Assembly (NCBI GenBank): GCA_016181305.1
Contig: JACOZN010000002.1
Coordinates: forward strand, 1 to 64,000
Length of the DNA: 64,000 nucleotides
Source: Candidatus Woesearchaeota archaeon
GTDB taxonomy: Archaea > Nanobdellota > Nanobdellia > Woesearchaeales > GW2011-AR4
Direction of reading: 5' to 3'
The position numbers were made by a program, and so were the translations under genes. Below are positions 27,298 to 36,571 of this stretch, piece by piece (the stretch's first letter is position 1; the number at the start of each line of letters is the position of its first letter). The notes beneath the pieces are model-generated. The model searched no databases and was not told the origin of the DNA. It saw only the letters and a program-made list of their open reading frames with translations.

Positions 27298-27344
27298 AAA
27301 TACGGCAAAATCCTGTTAAATAAAGCGTATAACCAAAAAACAAA

Positions 27345-28802
27345 ATGGAAAGGGGCGAGAGGATAATTGACACTTACGAGCTTAACGTAAATGACATAGT
27401 CGTCGATGTTGCGGTAATATCGAAAGACACTGAACCGGTTCCCATATACACCATTTCCATAACAAACATAAGCGACACCACAAAGATAATTCTTGAAAAG
27501 ATAAGGGACGAGTTTGTTGCAGAGGAGACAAAAACCCTGACCGAGGATGAAGGCGTCTACAACATACAGGAGCAGTTCAAGGACAAAATTCTCAAATTGC
27601 TTGCAAAATATTTCCCTGACGCGGACAAGAAGACTATGGACATGCTTATAAATTATATACTGCAGCAGAATATAGGGCTCGGAAACCTTGACATCCTGCT
27701 CAAGGACACAAATCTTGAGGAGGTTGTGATAAACAATGCAGAAGAGCCCGTATGGGTTTACCACAGGAAATACGGCTGGCTGAAAACCAATGTGCTTATT
27801 CCGACAGAGTCAAGGATAAGGCATTACTCCACTATAATAGGCAGGGATGTCGGCAAGGAAATAACCATTCTCAACCCGCTGATGGACGCACACCTGAAAA
27901 CAGGCGACAGGGTAAACGCCACTTTGGCGCCGATTTCCTCAAAAGGCAATACAATAACTATAAGGAAGTTTGCAGTCAAGCCATGGACTGTTACGGATTT
28001 TATAAAGGAAAGGGTGATTTCCTATGAAGGTGCGGCCCTGCTGTGGATGGCTGTGCAGAACGAATTGTCTGTAATCATTTCAGGAGGAACCGCCTCAGGA
28101 AAAACAAGCATGCTGAATGTCATTTCCAATTTTTTCCCGCCGAACCAGCGCATAATATCAATGGAAGATACAAGAGAGCTGATGCTGCCAAAAGTGCTCC
28201 ATTGGGTGCCGCTGGAAACAAGGCTGCCAAACCCCGAGGGGAAAGGAGGCATTGAGATGCTTGACCTGATAGTCAACTCCCTCAGGATGAGGCCTGACAG
28301 GATTATTGTAGGCGAAATAAGAAGGAAAAGGGAAGCTGAAGTGCTTTTTGAAGCCATGCATACAGGGCATTCGGTTTACGGCACTTTGCATGCAAACAAT
28401 GTGAGGGAAACGATAAACAGGCTTACCAATCCGCCAATTGACCTGCCAAAGCAGCTTTTGTCAGCGCTGTCTCTGATTGTTGTGCAGCACATAAACAGAA
28501 GAACAGGAAAGAGAAGGACTCTGCAGATTGCCGAAGTGCTTCCCAACGGCGACCCGAGGCTTTTGATGCAGATTAATCCGCTGAAAGACACTTTGGAAAT
28601 AGTAAACGAGCCATTGGCAATTATTGAAACCTTAAACCTTTATACAGGGCTTTCAAAGCAGGAGATATACGCTGACATGCAGTCAAAGATTGAAATCTTG
28701 AAGTGGATGGTGAACAAAGGCATGACAGACGTGAACAGGATAGGCTTGATATTTTCAAAATACTATCTGAACAAGCCATTCATGCATCTAACGGGTGTCT
28801 AA
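27345..28802 (+). CDS. Type IV pilus/type II secretion ATPase (CpaF/TadA/VirB11 family)
   Basis: Walker A GGTASGKT, Asp box MEDTREL, LRMRPDRIIVGEIR and His box HTGH..GTLHAN. Confidence 0.96.
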   Translation: MERGERIIDTYELNVNDIVVDVAVISKDTEPVPIYTISITNISDTTKIILEKIRDEFVAEETKTLTEDEGVYNIQEQFKDKILKLLAKYFPDADKKTMDMLINYILQQNIGLGNLDILLKDTNLEEVVINNAEEPVWVYHRKYGWLKTNVLIPTESRIRHYSTIIGRDVGKEITILNPLMDAHLKTGDRVNATLAPISSKGNTITIRKFAVKPWTVTDFIKERVISYEGAALLWMAVQNELSVIISGGTASGKTSMLNVISNFFPPNQRIISMEDTRELMLPKVLHWVPLETRLPNPEGKGGIEMLDLIVNSLRMRPDRIIVGEIRRKREAEVLFEAMHTGHSVYGTLHANNVRETINRLTNPPIDLPKQLLSALSLIVVQHINRRTGKRRTLQIAEVLPNGDPRLLMQINPLKDTLEIVNEPLAIIETLNLYTGLSKQEIYADMQSKIEILKWMVNKGMTDVNRIGLIFSKYYLNKPFMHLTGV

Positions 28803-29613
28803 AATCGGGTTTGTAAACAGGGTAGCTTCATTTTTCCCTGCGCTTAAGGGCGAGCTCAGGATAGCGCACTTGCCGTATACACCAGTAGAGTACGTCAACA
28901 AAAACCTGAAAATAACTGCTTTGTACGCGTTTTTGCTCACCATCCTGTTTTTTTTCGTTCTGCAAAAAGCAAAACTGCCCTTGCTGCTGCTGATGCCAAT
29001 TTACATAGTTTTATTCATCCTGCTCTTTGAATATTCACTGCTTAAGGTAAGGGCCAAGATAAGGGGGCGCGAGCGCGAAATCAACAAGGAAGTGCTGTTT
29101 GTCGGAAGATACCTGCTTGTAAAGCTTTATTCCGGAAGGCCGCTGCTCAACGCCCTTATAGAAACTGCAGGCAGCAGGGGCATCGCCCTTAAGTACATAA
29201 AGGAGATAGTTGACGACATAGACACCGGCAACACGATTGAGGAGGCTTTAAAAAACGCGATGACTTACTCGCCTTCTGAAAAATTAAGGAGGGTGCTGTT
29301 CCACATAAACAACGCACTCCAGCTCGGCATAGATGTAACAAAGCCCCTTGAATCGGTATTGGAGGAAATAACAAAGGAGGAGGAGCTGGAAATCAAAAAA
29401 TACAGCAAAAAGCTGAACACCTTGGTTATTTTTTACATGCTTGCAGCTGTTATCCTGCCATCGCTTGGCGTTGCAGTATTCATAGTCATATCAAGCTTCA
29501 TAAGCTTCCCGATTGACTTGAAGAGCCTTCTTGTGTTCATATTTTTCATTGTTGTAATCCAATTTGTCTTTATAACGCTTTTTAAGTCAATAAGGCCCAT
29601 GGTGAACCTGTAA
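28795..29613 (+). CDS. TadC/T2SS-F-like membrane platform protein
   Basis: Three TM segments; SGRPLLNAL, GNTIEEAL..SPSEKLRR. Confidence 0.85.
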   Translation: MSKIGFVNRVASFFPALKGELRIAHLPYTPVEYVNKNLKITALYAFLLTILFFFVLQKAKLPLLLLMPIYIVLFILLFEYSLLKVRAKIRGREREINKEVLFVGRYLLVKLYSGRPLLNALIETAGSRGIALKYIKEIVDDIDTGNTIEEALKNAMTYSPSEKLRRVLFHINNALQLGIDVTKPLESVLEEITKEEELEIKKYSKKLNTLVIFYMLAAVILPSLGVAVFIVISSFISFPIDLKSLLVFIFFIVVIQFVFITLFKSIRPMVNL

Positions 29614-30638
29614 TGGCATTCAGGATTATATTTTTGGAGGAGTTTGGCAAGGCATTCGTGCCGAAAAAGACGGCGCCGCACTTGAGAAAGTACCTGCTTA
29701 AAGCCGGGTTCAACGAGGTGCCGTACAGGTTTTTTGGGCTTTTGTTTTACGCATCGGCTGTTATAACCACTTTGATATTTATAGTATTTGTATATCCCTA
29801 CTTAAGAAGATTTTCCCTGCTTGAAGTCTATGTTTACTCGTTTTTGGGCTGGTTCCTTGTGCAGCTTTTTTTTGCAACCCTTTTCATACTGCTTGTGTAT
29901 TTTTACCTTGACCTGAAGATTTATTTCAGGACAAAAAAAATGGAGGAGCAGCTGCCAGACTTCCTCCAGGTGCTGTCTGCCAACCTGAAGGCAGGGATGA
30001 CTTTTGAAAGGGCTTTATGGGCTGCAATCAAGCCAAGGTTCAATGTGCTTGGCTCCGAGATGGCAAAAGCCTCCAAAAAGGTTATGACAGGGTATGACAT
30101 CGGCAAAGCGCTTACAGAGCTTTCCGACAAGTACGATTCTTTGATGCTGAGGCGCACAGTGGACCTGATAATAAGCGAGGCGGAAAGCGGCGGCAATGTG
30201 GCAGAGCTTATTGACAGGCTTGTTGACAACCTCAAGCAGACCAAGGCGCTTAAGGACGAGCTTTCCGCATCAGCGATTGCTTACGTGATTTTTATATCTG
30301 TGATTGTCGTTGTCATAAGCCCGCTGCTTTTTGCGCTTTCTTTTCATTTGCTTGTGCTTATCCTGAACTTCATAGGCAACCTTTCTGTTGCAGCGCAGCG
30401 GGGAGCAGCCCTTCCTTTCGTGTTCTCAAAAATAAATGTAAACCAGGATGATTTCAGGGCTTTTTCAATAGTTGCAATACTTACAATCTCGTTTTTCTCG
30501 TCATTGATAGTTGCCATAGTTGAAAAGGGCAGCATGAAAAGCGGGCTTAAGTACATCCCCATATATATTTTCGGCTCGATGATGTTTTATTTCATTTTCA
30601 TGAAAGCCCTCGGGGCGATGTTCGGCGGCATATTGTAG
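29613..30638 (+). CDS. TadC/T2SS-F-like membrane platform protein
   Basis: EEQLPDFLQVLSANLKAGMTFERAL and ESGGNVAELIDRL. Confidence 0.9.
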   Translation: MAFRIIFLEEFGKAFVPKKTAPHLRKYLLKAGFNEVPYRFFGLLFYASAVITTLIFIVFVYPYLRRFSLLEVYVYSFLGWFLVQLFFATLFILLVYFYLDLKIYFRTKKMEEQLPDFLQVLSANLKAGMTFERALWAAIKPRFNVLGSEMAKASKKVMTGYDIGKALTELSDKYDSLMLRRTVDLIISEAESGGNVAELIDRLVDNLKQTKALKDELSASAIAYVIFISVIVVVISPLLFALSFHLLVLILNFIGNLSVAAQRGAALPFVFSKINVNQDDFRAFSIVAILTISFFSSLIVAIVEKGSMKSGLKYIPIYIFGSMMFYFIFMKALGAMFGGIL

Positions 30639-30699
30639 GAATTCAAAACAAAAAGTTTATAAACAAGAAACTAAATTAAAAATTAAAAGAGGAAATTAA

Positions 30700-31188
30700 A
30701 TGGCAACAGCCCGATTTAAAAATAACAAGTCCCAGGCAGCTTTGGAATTCCTCACAACATACGGCTGGGCATTTCTGGTCATACTGATTATGATCGGCAC
30801 GCTTGCTTACTTCGGGATATTGAGCCCAAGCAAACTATTGCCGAACAGGTGCAACTTCGGCTCTGAATTCCAGTGCCTGGACTATCAAATCGGAGCAACT
30901 ACATTTAAAATAAGGCTGAAGAACAATGTAGGCGAGCCGATGGATGTTTCTTCGCTAAGCGTAAGCACTGAGAGCACAACTGCCTACACCTGCACTACTC
31001 CACCTGCAAATCCGACAGGCTGGAAGTCGGGTGAAATCAAGGAATTGGCGTGGAGCGGTTGCTCAGGGGGCGGCATAATTGCAGGCGAAAAGGGCAAGGT
31101 TTTGATAACTTTGAGGTATAATACTGTAGCAAGCGGCTCTGGCTACGCAAAGGAAGTGAAAGGAGAAGTATTTTCAACGGTTATATAA
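30700..31188 (+). CDS. Type IV pilin with class III signal
   Basis: KS|QAALEFLTTYGWAFLV (Q+1, E+5). Confidence 0.88.
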   Translation: MATARFKNNKSQAALEFLTTYGWAFLVILIMIGTLAYFGILSPSKLLPNRCNFGSEFQCLDYQIGATTFKIRLKNNVGEPMDVSSLSVSTESTTAYTCTTPPANPTGWKSGEIKELAWSGCSGGGIIAGEKGKVLITLRYNTVASGSGYAKEVKGEVFSTVI

Positions 31189-31251
31189 GCGAAGAAAACG
31201 CAAATTTTATATATGCTCTTCTTTAAGTTTTAGCCCATAAAAGAGGTTAAA

Positions 31252-31722
31252 ATGCGTATTAAGTCTCAGGCTGCACTGGAATTTCTCGCAACCTATGTAT
31301 GGGCTTTCATTATAATCGCCACTACGCTTGGCGCCCTGTATTATTTCGGCATTTTTGATTTTGGAAAGTATCTCCCGCAGAAATGTATGTTCCCATCGCA
31401 GCTCAAATGCCTTGATTTCAGCCTGAAGCCGGGCGAGGTGAGGGTCAAGCTTGCAAATAACCTTGGGGAGAATATAAAGGTAACTCAGGCCCAGATAACA
31501 AATGACGCTAATCCCCCAATTTCATGCACTCCCCCTTCAAGTTTTGACTGGGGGCAGGCAACTGAAAAGGACTTGGTTTTTGCTTCATGCACAGGCGGCG
31601 CTTATATCGCCGGGGAGAGGGTTGAGCTAAGGGTATTATTGAGCTATTACGCTGTAAGCACGCCAAGCCAGCCCATCCACACAGTAACCGGTAAGATAAA
31701 TGGAAGAGTCACATCAGGTTAA
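31252..31722 (+). CDS. Type IV pilin with class III signal
   Basis: KS|QAALEFLATYVWAF; paralog of the previous gene. Confidence 0.88.
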   Translation: MRIKSQAALEFLATYVWAFIIIATTLGALYYFGIFDFGKYLPQKCMFPSQLKCLDFSLKPGEVRVKLANNLGENIKVTQAQITNDANPPISCTPPSSFDWGQATEKDLVFASCTGGAYIAGERVELRVLLSYYAVSTPSQPIHTVTGKINGRVTSG

Positions 31723-32164
31723 GGCGCAGTCATCCTTAGAGTACCTCCTAATAGTAGCCCTGACTTTTGCCATAATCGTGCCTACGACTTACCTGTTTTA
31801 CAATTACTCCAGGGAGTCAAGCCAGGAGATAACTGATGCGCAGATAACAAAGCTTGGCAGGAGCATAGTGGACTCCGCGGAGTCTATTTTTTACTCGGGG
31901 CAGGGCTCAAAAATCGTGCTGGAATTGAATATTCCCGACAGTGTGTACAGTGCATTGATAATAGACGGAAGGGAGCTTGTATTCAATGTAACGACAACTT
32001 TCGGCGTTTCTGAAATCGTTTTTTTCTCCTCTGTCAACATAACAACACCAAGCCAGAACTGCAATGCAAACGTTTGCAGGATTCCGGAGCTTGGAAACTC
32101 AGGGCTTAAGAAGGTAAGGATAGAGGCTGCAGCCAAGGACAATGTAAGGATCGAAGTAATATAG
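31700..32164 (+). CDS. Pilin-like protein with class III signal
   Basis: KA|QSSLEYLLIVA. Confidence 0.82.
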   Translation: MEESHQVKAQSSLEYLLIVALTFAIIVPTTYLFYNYSRESSQEITDAQITKLGRSIVDSAESIFYSGQGSKIVLELNIPDSVYSALIIDGRELVFNVTTTFGVSEIVFFSSVNITTPSQNCNANVCRIPELGNSGLKKVRIEAAAKDNVRIEVI

Positions 32165-32170
32165 CCCAGA

Positions 32171-32584
32171 ATGCGGCAGTTTAGGCATGAAAAAATGCAT
32201 ACAAAATCCCAGTCAGCCATGGAATTCATAATGCTTGCGTCATTCATGCTTCTCGTCGTGCTCGGCTTTTTTGCAGTAACCAGCTCAAAGCTGCTCGAGG
32301 CAAGGGAGGAAGGCAACAGGAAAATTGCAGAGGACATTGCAGAGCTTGCATATAGCGAGATAGATACTGCGCAGTACGTCAATGACGGCTACTCCAGAAT
32401 TTTTGCGATGCCGCAGACTGTCAATGGAGTTGACTACAGCATAAAAATAATTGACAGCAGGGAGCTTGTGGTAGGTTATCTTGACAAGGAGCATATAAAG
32501 TTCCTTCCTTCCAATGTAACAGGGAGCATTGCAAAAGGAAACAACAAAATATCCAGAAACAATGGCATCGTGTCTATAAACTGA
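32171..32584 (+). CDS. Pilin-like protein with class III signal
   Basis: KS|QSAMEFIMLA. Start may be 32195. Confidence 0.82.
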   Translation: MRQFRHEKMHTKSQSAMEFIMLASFMLLVVLGFFAVTSSKLLEAREEGNRKIAEDIAELAYSEIDTAQYVNDGYSRIFAMPQTVNGVDYSIKIIDSRELVVGYLDKEHIKFLPSNVTGSIAKGNNKISRNNGIVSIN

Positions 32585-32586
32585 AA

Positions 32587-34491
32587 TCATACATATGGTA
32601 TATTTTCATGGAACTTGATTCCATACACATAAACATAATTCCACAGCATGCCCCTTTTTCTGGTCACAAAGACTGAAAAGCCTGCGTCCCTGAACATTTT
32701 TTCTATGACCTTGTCGTTGGACAGCCATGCAACATTCGGTATAACTTTGAAGAAATCAGCATAATCGACAAATACAATCTTTCCGCCGTAAGGCAGCAAG
32801 TCCCTCATCTCCCTCAGCACCTTTTTCACGTCCTGAAGATAGCCCATCATTCCTATGCTCACTATGGCATCAACATGCGGTATGGAAGGGTGCACCCTGT
32901 TCACCTGGTGCTCGTCATGGATTATAATTACATGATTATGCCCCTTTTTAATCAGCCTTTTTTTGGTGATTAGCAGGTCCCTCCTCGACAGGTCAGTCGC
33001 ATAAACCCTTCCATTTGGGTTGACAGCCTCTGCAAGATGCAATGTCAAGGTTCCAACAGAGCAGCCGAATTCCAGCACCTTTTTTCCCCTTACATCACCA
33101 AGCAGCGCAAGTATCTCTTTCCTTATGCTTTTCGGCAGTATAATCTTTTCAGTCAGCAGTGTGGCGTATGCAAGGGAGTCATTTATGGCTATGATTGCAT
33201 CGGGATTGTAATAAATCTCGAGAAGAAAATAAATCGGAATTCCGACAAAAATAAGCGACAAGCCAAGTTTTAGTATGCCAATCGCATTTGCCTCGTTCAA
33301 AAGCCACAGGGACATAACGCCTAAAATTAAGGCTATTATAATGGCGGAGCCGGCTCCTGCAAACGGCGCTTTAAAGCCTCTTTGCACAGAGGGCTCCTTA
33401 ATCCTGAGCACAGGAACTGACAAAACCACAAAAATATAGAGCAGCAGGCCCAGAGGCAGCAGCAGGCTCAGCAAAGCCTTGTACCTCCCAAACACCATCC
33501 CAAAGACTGCGAGTGCAACTATCGTCTGGAATATAATGGCTTTGTACGGGGTTTTAAAGTCAGGATGTATTTCGCTGAACTGGGATATAAACAGCTTGTC
33601 CCTCGCCAATGCAAGTATAAGCCTTGGAAGGGTTATTATTTCGCCTGCAGCAGAGCCAATCAAGGCTATGAAAATGCCGATGTTTACCGCGAGCATGCCA
33701 AAATTCCCAAAGGCTTTTTCCGACACAAGCGACAAAGGGGCAGAGCTTGAAACAAGAATCTTCCACGGGATTACCCCCAATGAGACAACAGCAACAAGTA
33801 TCCCCATTGCCCCCACTACCACCGTCCCCCACACAATAGCCTTGGGTATTGTCTTTTCAGGCTCTTCTGTTTCCTCGGCAAGATAAGTTGCGGACTCCCA
33901 CCCAAAAAAGCTCTCAGCTATGTAAAAAATGCTGATGAAAATAGAGGCTGCGCCCATTGTGAAAAAAGGAAAATAATTTGAAAAGTCTATGTGGAAAGCC
34001 CCGGGAACCACTACAGAGGCTACAACCCCGATTGACAATGCAGCTATCATGACGACAACAATCCCGCTTGTCTCGATGCCTACGTATGCAATAATATTCA
34101 GAAGAATTATGAAAGAAACGCTTACGGCTATTTTCAGCCAGAAAGCTGACGAAGGCATGAGGTAGTCAATTGCTGCCGCCACCACCAGTGCTGTTGTCAG
34201 GTTGCCCACAATCCATGCAAGCCACCCTATCATGAATGAGAAAAACCTGCTGTATGCGTGCTTGCTGAACTCATAGATGCCGCCTGCCTTTGGGTATGCT
34301 GAAGAAAGCTCTGCAAAAAACGTGCTTATGTAAACTGCAATAAGCGTAAGCGCAATCCATGCAATTATTGAGGCATTCCCAGAATAGTTGGCTGCTATTG
34401 AAACCCCGAAGAACAAGCCAGTGCCCATTATCGATGCTATTGCTAATGACAGGATTGTCCAGAACCCGAGAACCCTCTTTAGCTCAGCCAT
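32587..34491 (-). CDS. APC-family amino acid permease fused to a class I SAM-dependent methyltransferase domain
   Basis: IMGTGLFF, AELSSAYPKAGG, FFGWESATYLAEE, PRLILALARD; C-terminal VLEFGCSVG..VYATDLS. Confidence 0.88.
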   Translation of the reverse strand: MAELKRVLGFWTILSLAIASIMGTGLFFGVSIAANYSGNASIIAWIALTLIAVYISTFFAELSSAYPKAGGIYEFSKHAYSRFFSFMIGWLAWIVGNLTTALVVAAAIDYLMPSSAFWLKIAVSVSFIILLNIIAYVGIETSGIVVVMIAALSIGVVASVVVPGAFHIDFSNYFPFFTMGAASIFISIFYIAESFFGWESATYLAEETEEPEKTIPKAIVWGTVVVGAMGILVAVVSLGVIPWKILVSSSAPLSLVSEKAFGNFGMLAVNIGIFIALIGSAAGEIITLPRLILALARDKLFISQFSEIHPDFKTPYKAIIFQTIVALAVFGMVFGRYKALLSLLLPLGLLLYIFVVLSVPVLRIKEPSVQRGFKAPFAGAGSAIIIALILGVMSLWLLNEANAIGILKLGLSLIFVGIPIYFLLEIYYNPDAIIAINDSLAYATLLTEKIILPKSIRKEILALLGDVRGKKVLEFGCSVGTLTLHLAEAVNPNGRVYATDLSRRDLLITKKRLIKKGHNHVIIIHDEHQVNRVHPSIPHVDAIVSIGMMGYLQDVKKVLREMRDLLPYGGKIVFVDYADFFKVIPNVAWLSNDKVIEKMFRDAGFSVFVTRKRGMLWNYVYVYGIKFHENIPYV

Positions 34492-34624
34492 TGCCTTAAC
34501 TTTGGGCTTTATGTGTCAAAAACCACCAGTCATAGACTGGTGGCATGATTACATTACGATAAACATAGCGTGGTTTTGGACATCACAAAATTCCACTTAT
34601 TGATGGGCAGTTTTTGAGCATCGG

Positions 34625-34669
34625 AAAAATGCAAAGCATTTTTAAGATCCCAAAAGTCTTTGACTTTTG
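34625..34669. repeat. Paired intergenic palindromes
   Basis: AAAAATGC-AAA-GCATTTTT and CAAAAGTC-TTT-GACTTTTG. Confidence 0.7.
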
Positions 34670-34839
34670 CGATATCCAAATTCCGCACAATGTACCTGTT
34701 ACACATAAACCACTTATGAAACATAAGTGGAATTTTGATATTTAAAAACAATTGTTTATACTTCAATGTGGTGAAAAAATTGGAATAAAAAACTGCCCAT
34801 ATCGAAACAAATAAATAACCTAATCAAAATAACAGGAGT

Positions 34840-35862
34840 ATGAAGAATCTGGCCGTTCTCTGCCTTTTTCTTGCATTGATTCCGATAGCCAGCGCTGTCT
34901 GCTTTGTGCCTGGCGAAAATGCAGAAATAAGGGAAACTGCTGTTTTTTGCCCTGGAATTTACAATATTGAAAATGGAATAAAAATCGTCAATGACGGTGT
35001 TATTGTTGACTGCAACAACTCTGTCTTGAATGGAAACGGAATAGGTTATGGTATTTTGGTTAAGGAAAGGCAAAATGTCATTGTAAAAAACTGCAATGTA
35101 TCAAACTACGAAATCGGCATTTACCTTGACAGCACAAACAAAAGCATTTTGGCTGGGAATCATCTTTCAAAAAACAAATACGGGATTGCACTGTTCAATG
35201 CATTTGGCAATGATGCTGGCGGCAATATTCTGGCAGGCAACGCAGACGACAAAATAGCCTTCCTGCCTGCCCAAGCCGGAGACGGGAAGGGGCAGGCTGA
35301 AATGCAAAAAGAGGGGGCTAGCTCCCCGCACCAGGTCATGGAGGAAGTAATAAGGATCAAAAAGCCGTTTTTGAAGGAAAACGAGGTTTTGGACGAGGTA
35401 AATTACATTTTCAGCAAATACTTCGATTTAGCCCAGGAAAATCTCGAGATAAAGAGGGACGTTTTTTACAATGAAAGCGACAAGAGCACAAGAATAATAC
35501 TTCATTTAATGCCCAGAAAGGCGCTGCTTAATGTAAGCGTTTACGAGAAAATACCAAAGTGTGTCAGCGCTTACGTGAATGAAATACTGATTGAGACATC
35601 AGGATACGAGGTTGTCAGAAACGACCCGCTCATAATGTGGACATTCCCCAGGCTTGAGGGCAATAGCGAAATATCATACAAAGTCTTCAGAAAAATTGAC
35701 GGTGAATGCAAGAATCTCCTGCTGGCGTTTGGAATAGCCGCAGGGCTTGAAGGATTTGCAGAGGAAAAAAGCCAAAGCATAAATTATATGCTGGTTATCT
35801 CATTCGCCATGGCCGCTGCTATTGTTTTGTATTACATCAACCGAAATTCAGGGCGAGCCTGA
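34840..35862 (+). CDS. Secreted/membrane-anchored NosD/CASH right-handed beta-helix protein
   Basis: Signal peptide; VDCNNSVLNGNG.GYGI, NVIVKNCNVSNYEIGIYL; C-terminal TM. Confidence 0.78.
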   Translation: MKNLAVLCLFLALIPIASAVCFVPGENAEIRETAVFCPGIYNIENGIKIVNDGVIVDCNNSVLNGNGIGYGILVKERQNVIVKNCNVSNYEIGIYLDSTNKSILAGNHLSKNKYGIALFNAFGNDAGGNILAGNADDKIAFLPAQAGDGKGQAEMQKEGASSPHQVMEEVIRIKKPFLKENEVLDEVNYIFSKYFDLAQENLEIKRDVFYNESDKSTRIILHLMPRKALLNVSVYEKIPKCVSAYVNEILIETSGYEVVRNDPLIMWTFPRLEGNSEISYKVFRKIDGECKNLLLAFGIAAGLEGFAEEKSQSINYMLVISFAMAAAIVLYYINRNSGRA

Positions 35863-36571
35863 AGGCATAGGGCTTGCCCAATATCAATGACTTCTGATCC
35901 CTTATGTCATAGACCATGGAATCCTTGTATGGGAAGACAGTTACATTGACGTCATAAACGCCCAGGTCCGTCCTGTCAACGCTTGCCGGCATTTTGGCAT
36001 TTAAATCCGCAATTTTGGCAGCCAAATCGTGTATGTATTTCAGCCTGACGTTCAATAGCGACGAGAATTTCTCGAAATTAAGCTGGCTGCCCCGGCTGGC
36101 TACTTTGAGCGGCAGTTCCACTTCAAACAGGACATCATTCTGGTTTATCTGCACTCTTGAGCTTGCACTGCCTTTTTCAACATCCCACCCCTGGCTCTTG
36201 AAGTCCTCAAAGTCCCTGAGGCAGGCATTAATGTTGAGGCTCATGTAACCTGAAAGCTGGTCTTGCAATTTCTCGATTGGCGGAACTCTGCTTCGGCTGC
36301 CGTGAATGTAATATTCAACCCCCGAATTCGGGGCCTGCAGGTAGCTGTCAAGCACTATTATTCCCTGCCTGCCGAGCAGCCTCAGGCTGTCTTCCGCTGT
36401 TTTCTTAATGCAGCCGCTTATGTAATTATCAATGCTGGTTTTCTCAAATACCAGCGGCTCGGCTGAATTTTTGTTCCTGAAGTGGTTTGCCGCGTAAATC
36501 GCCAATCCCGCGACTATTGCAATAAAAACCGCGGCAATAATTATGAATGCAATCTGGGCTTTTTTATCCAT
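35837..36571 (-). CDS. Protein with class III (pilin-like) signal
   Basis: MDKKA|QIAFIIIAAVF followed by a hydrophobic helix. Confidence 0.72.
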   Translation of the reverse strand: MDKKAQIAFIIIAAVFIAIVAGLAIYAANHFRNKNSAEPLVFEKTSIDNYISGCIKKTAEDSLRLLGRQGIIVLDSYLQAPNSGVEYYIHGSRSRVPPIEKLQDQLSGYMSLNINACLRDFEDFKSQGWDVEKGSASSRVQINQNDVLFEVELPLKVASRGSQLNFEKFSSLLNVRLKYIHDLAAKIADLNAKMPASVDRTDLGVYDVNVTVFPYKDSMVYDIRDQKSLILGKPYAFRLALNFG

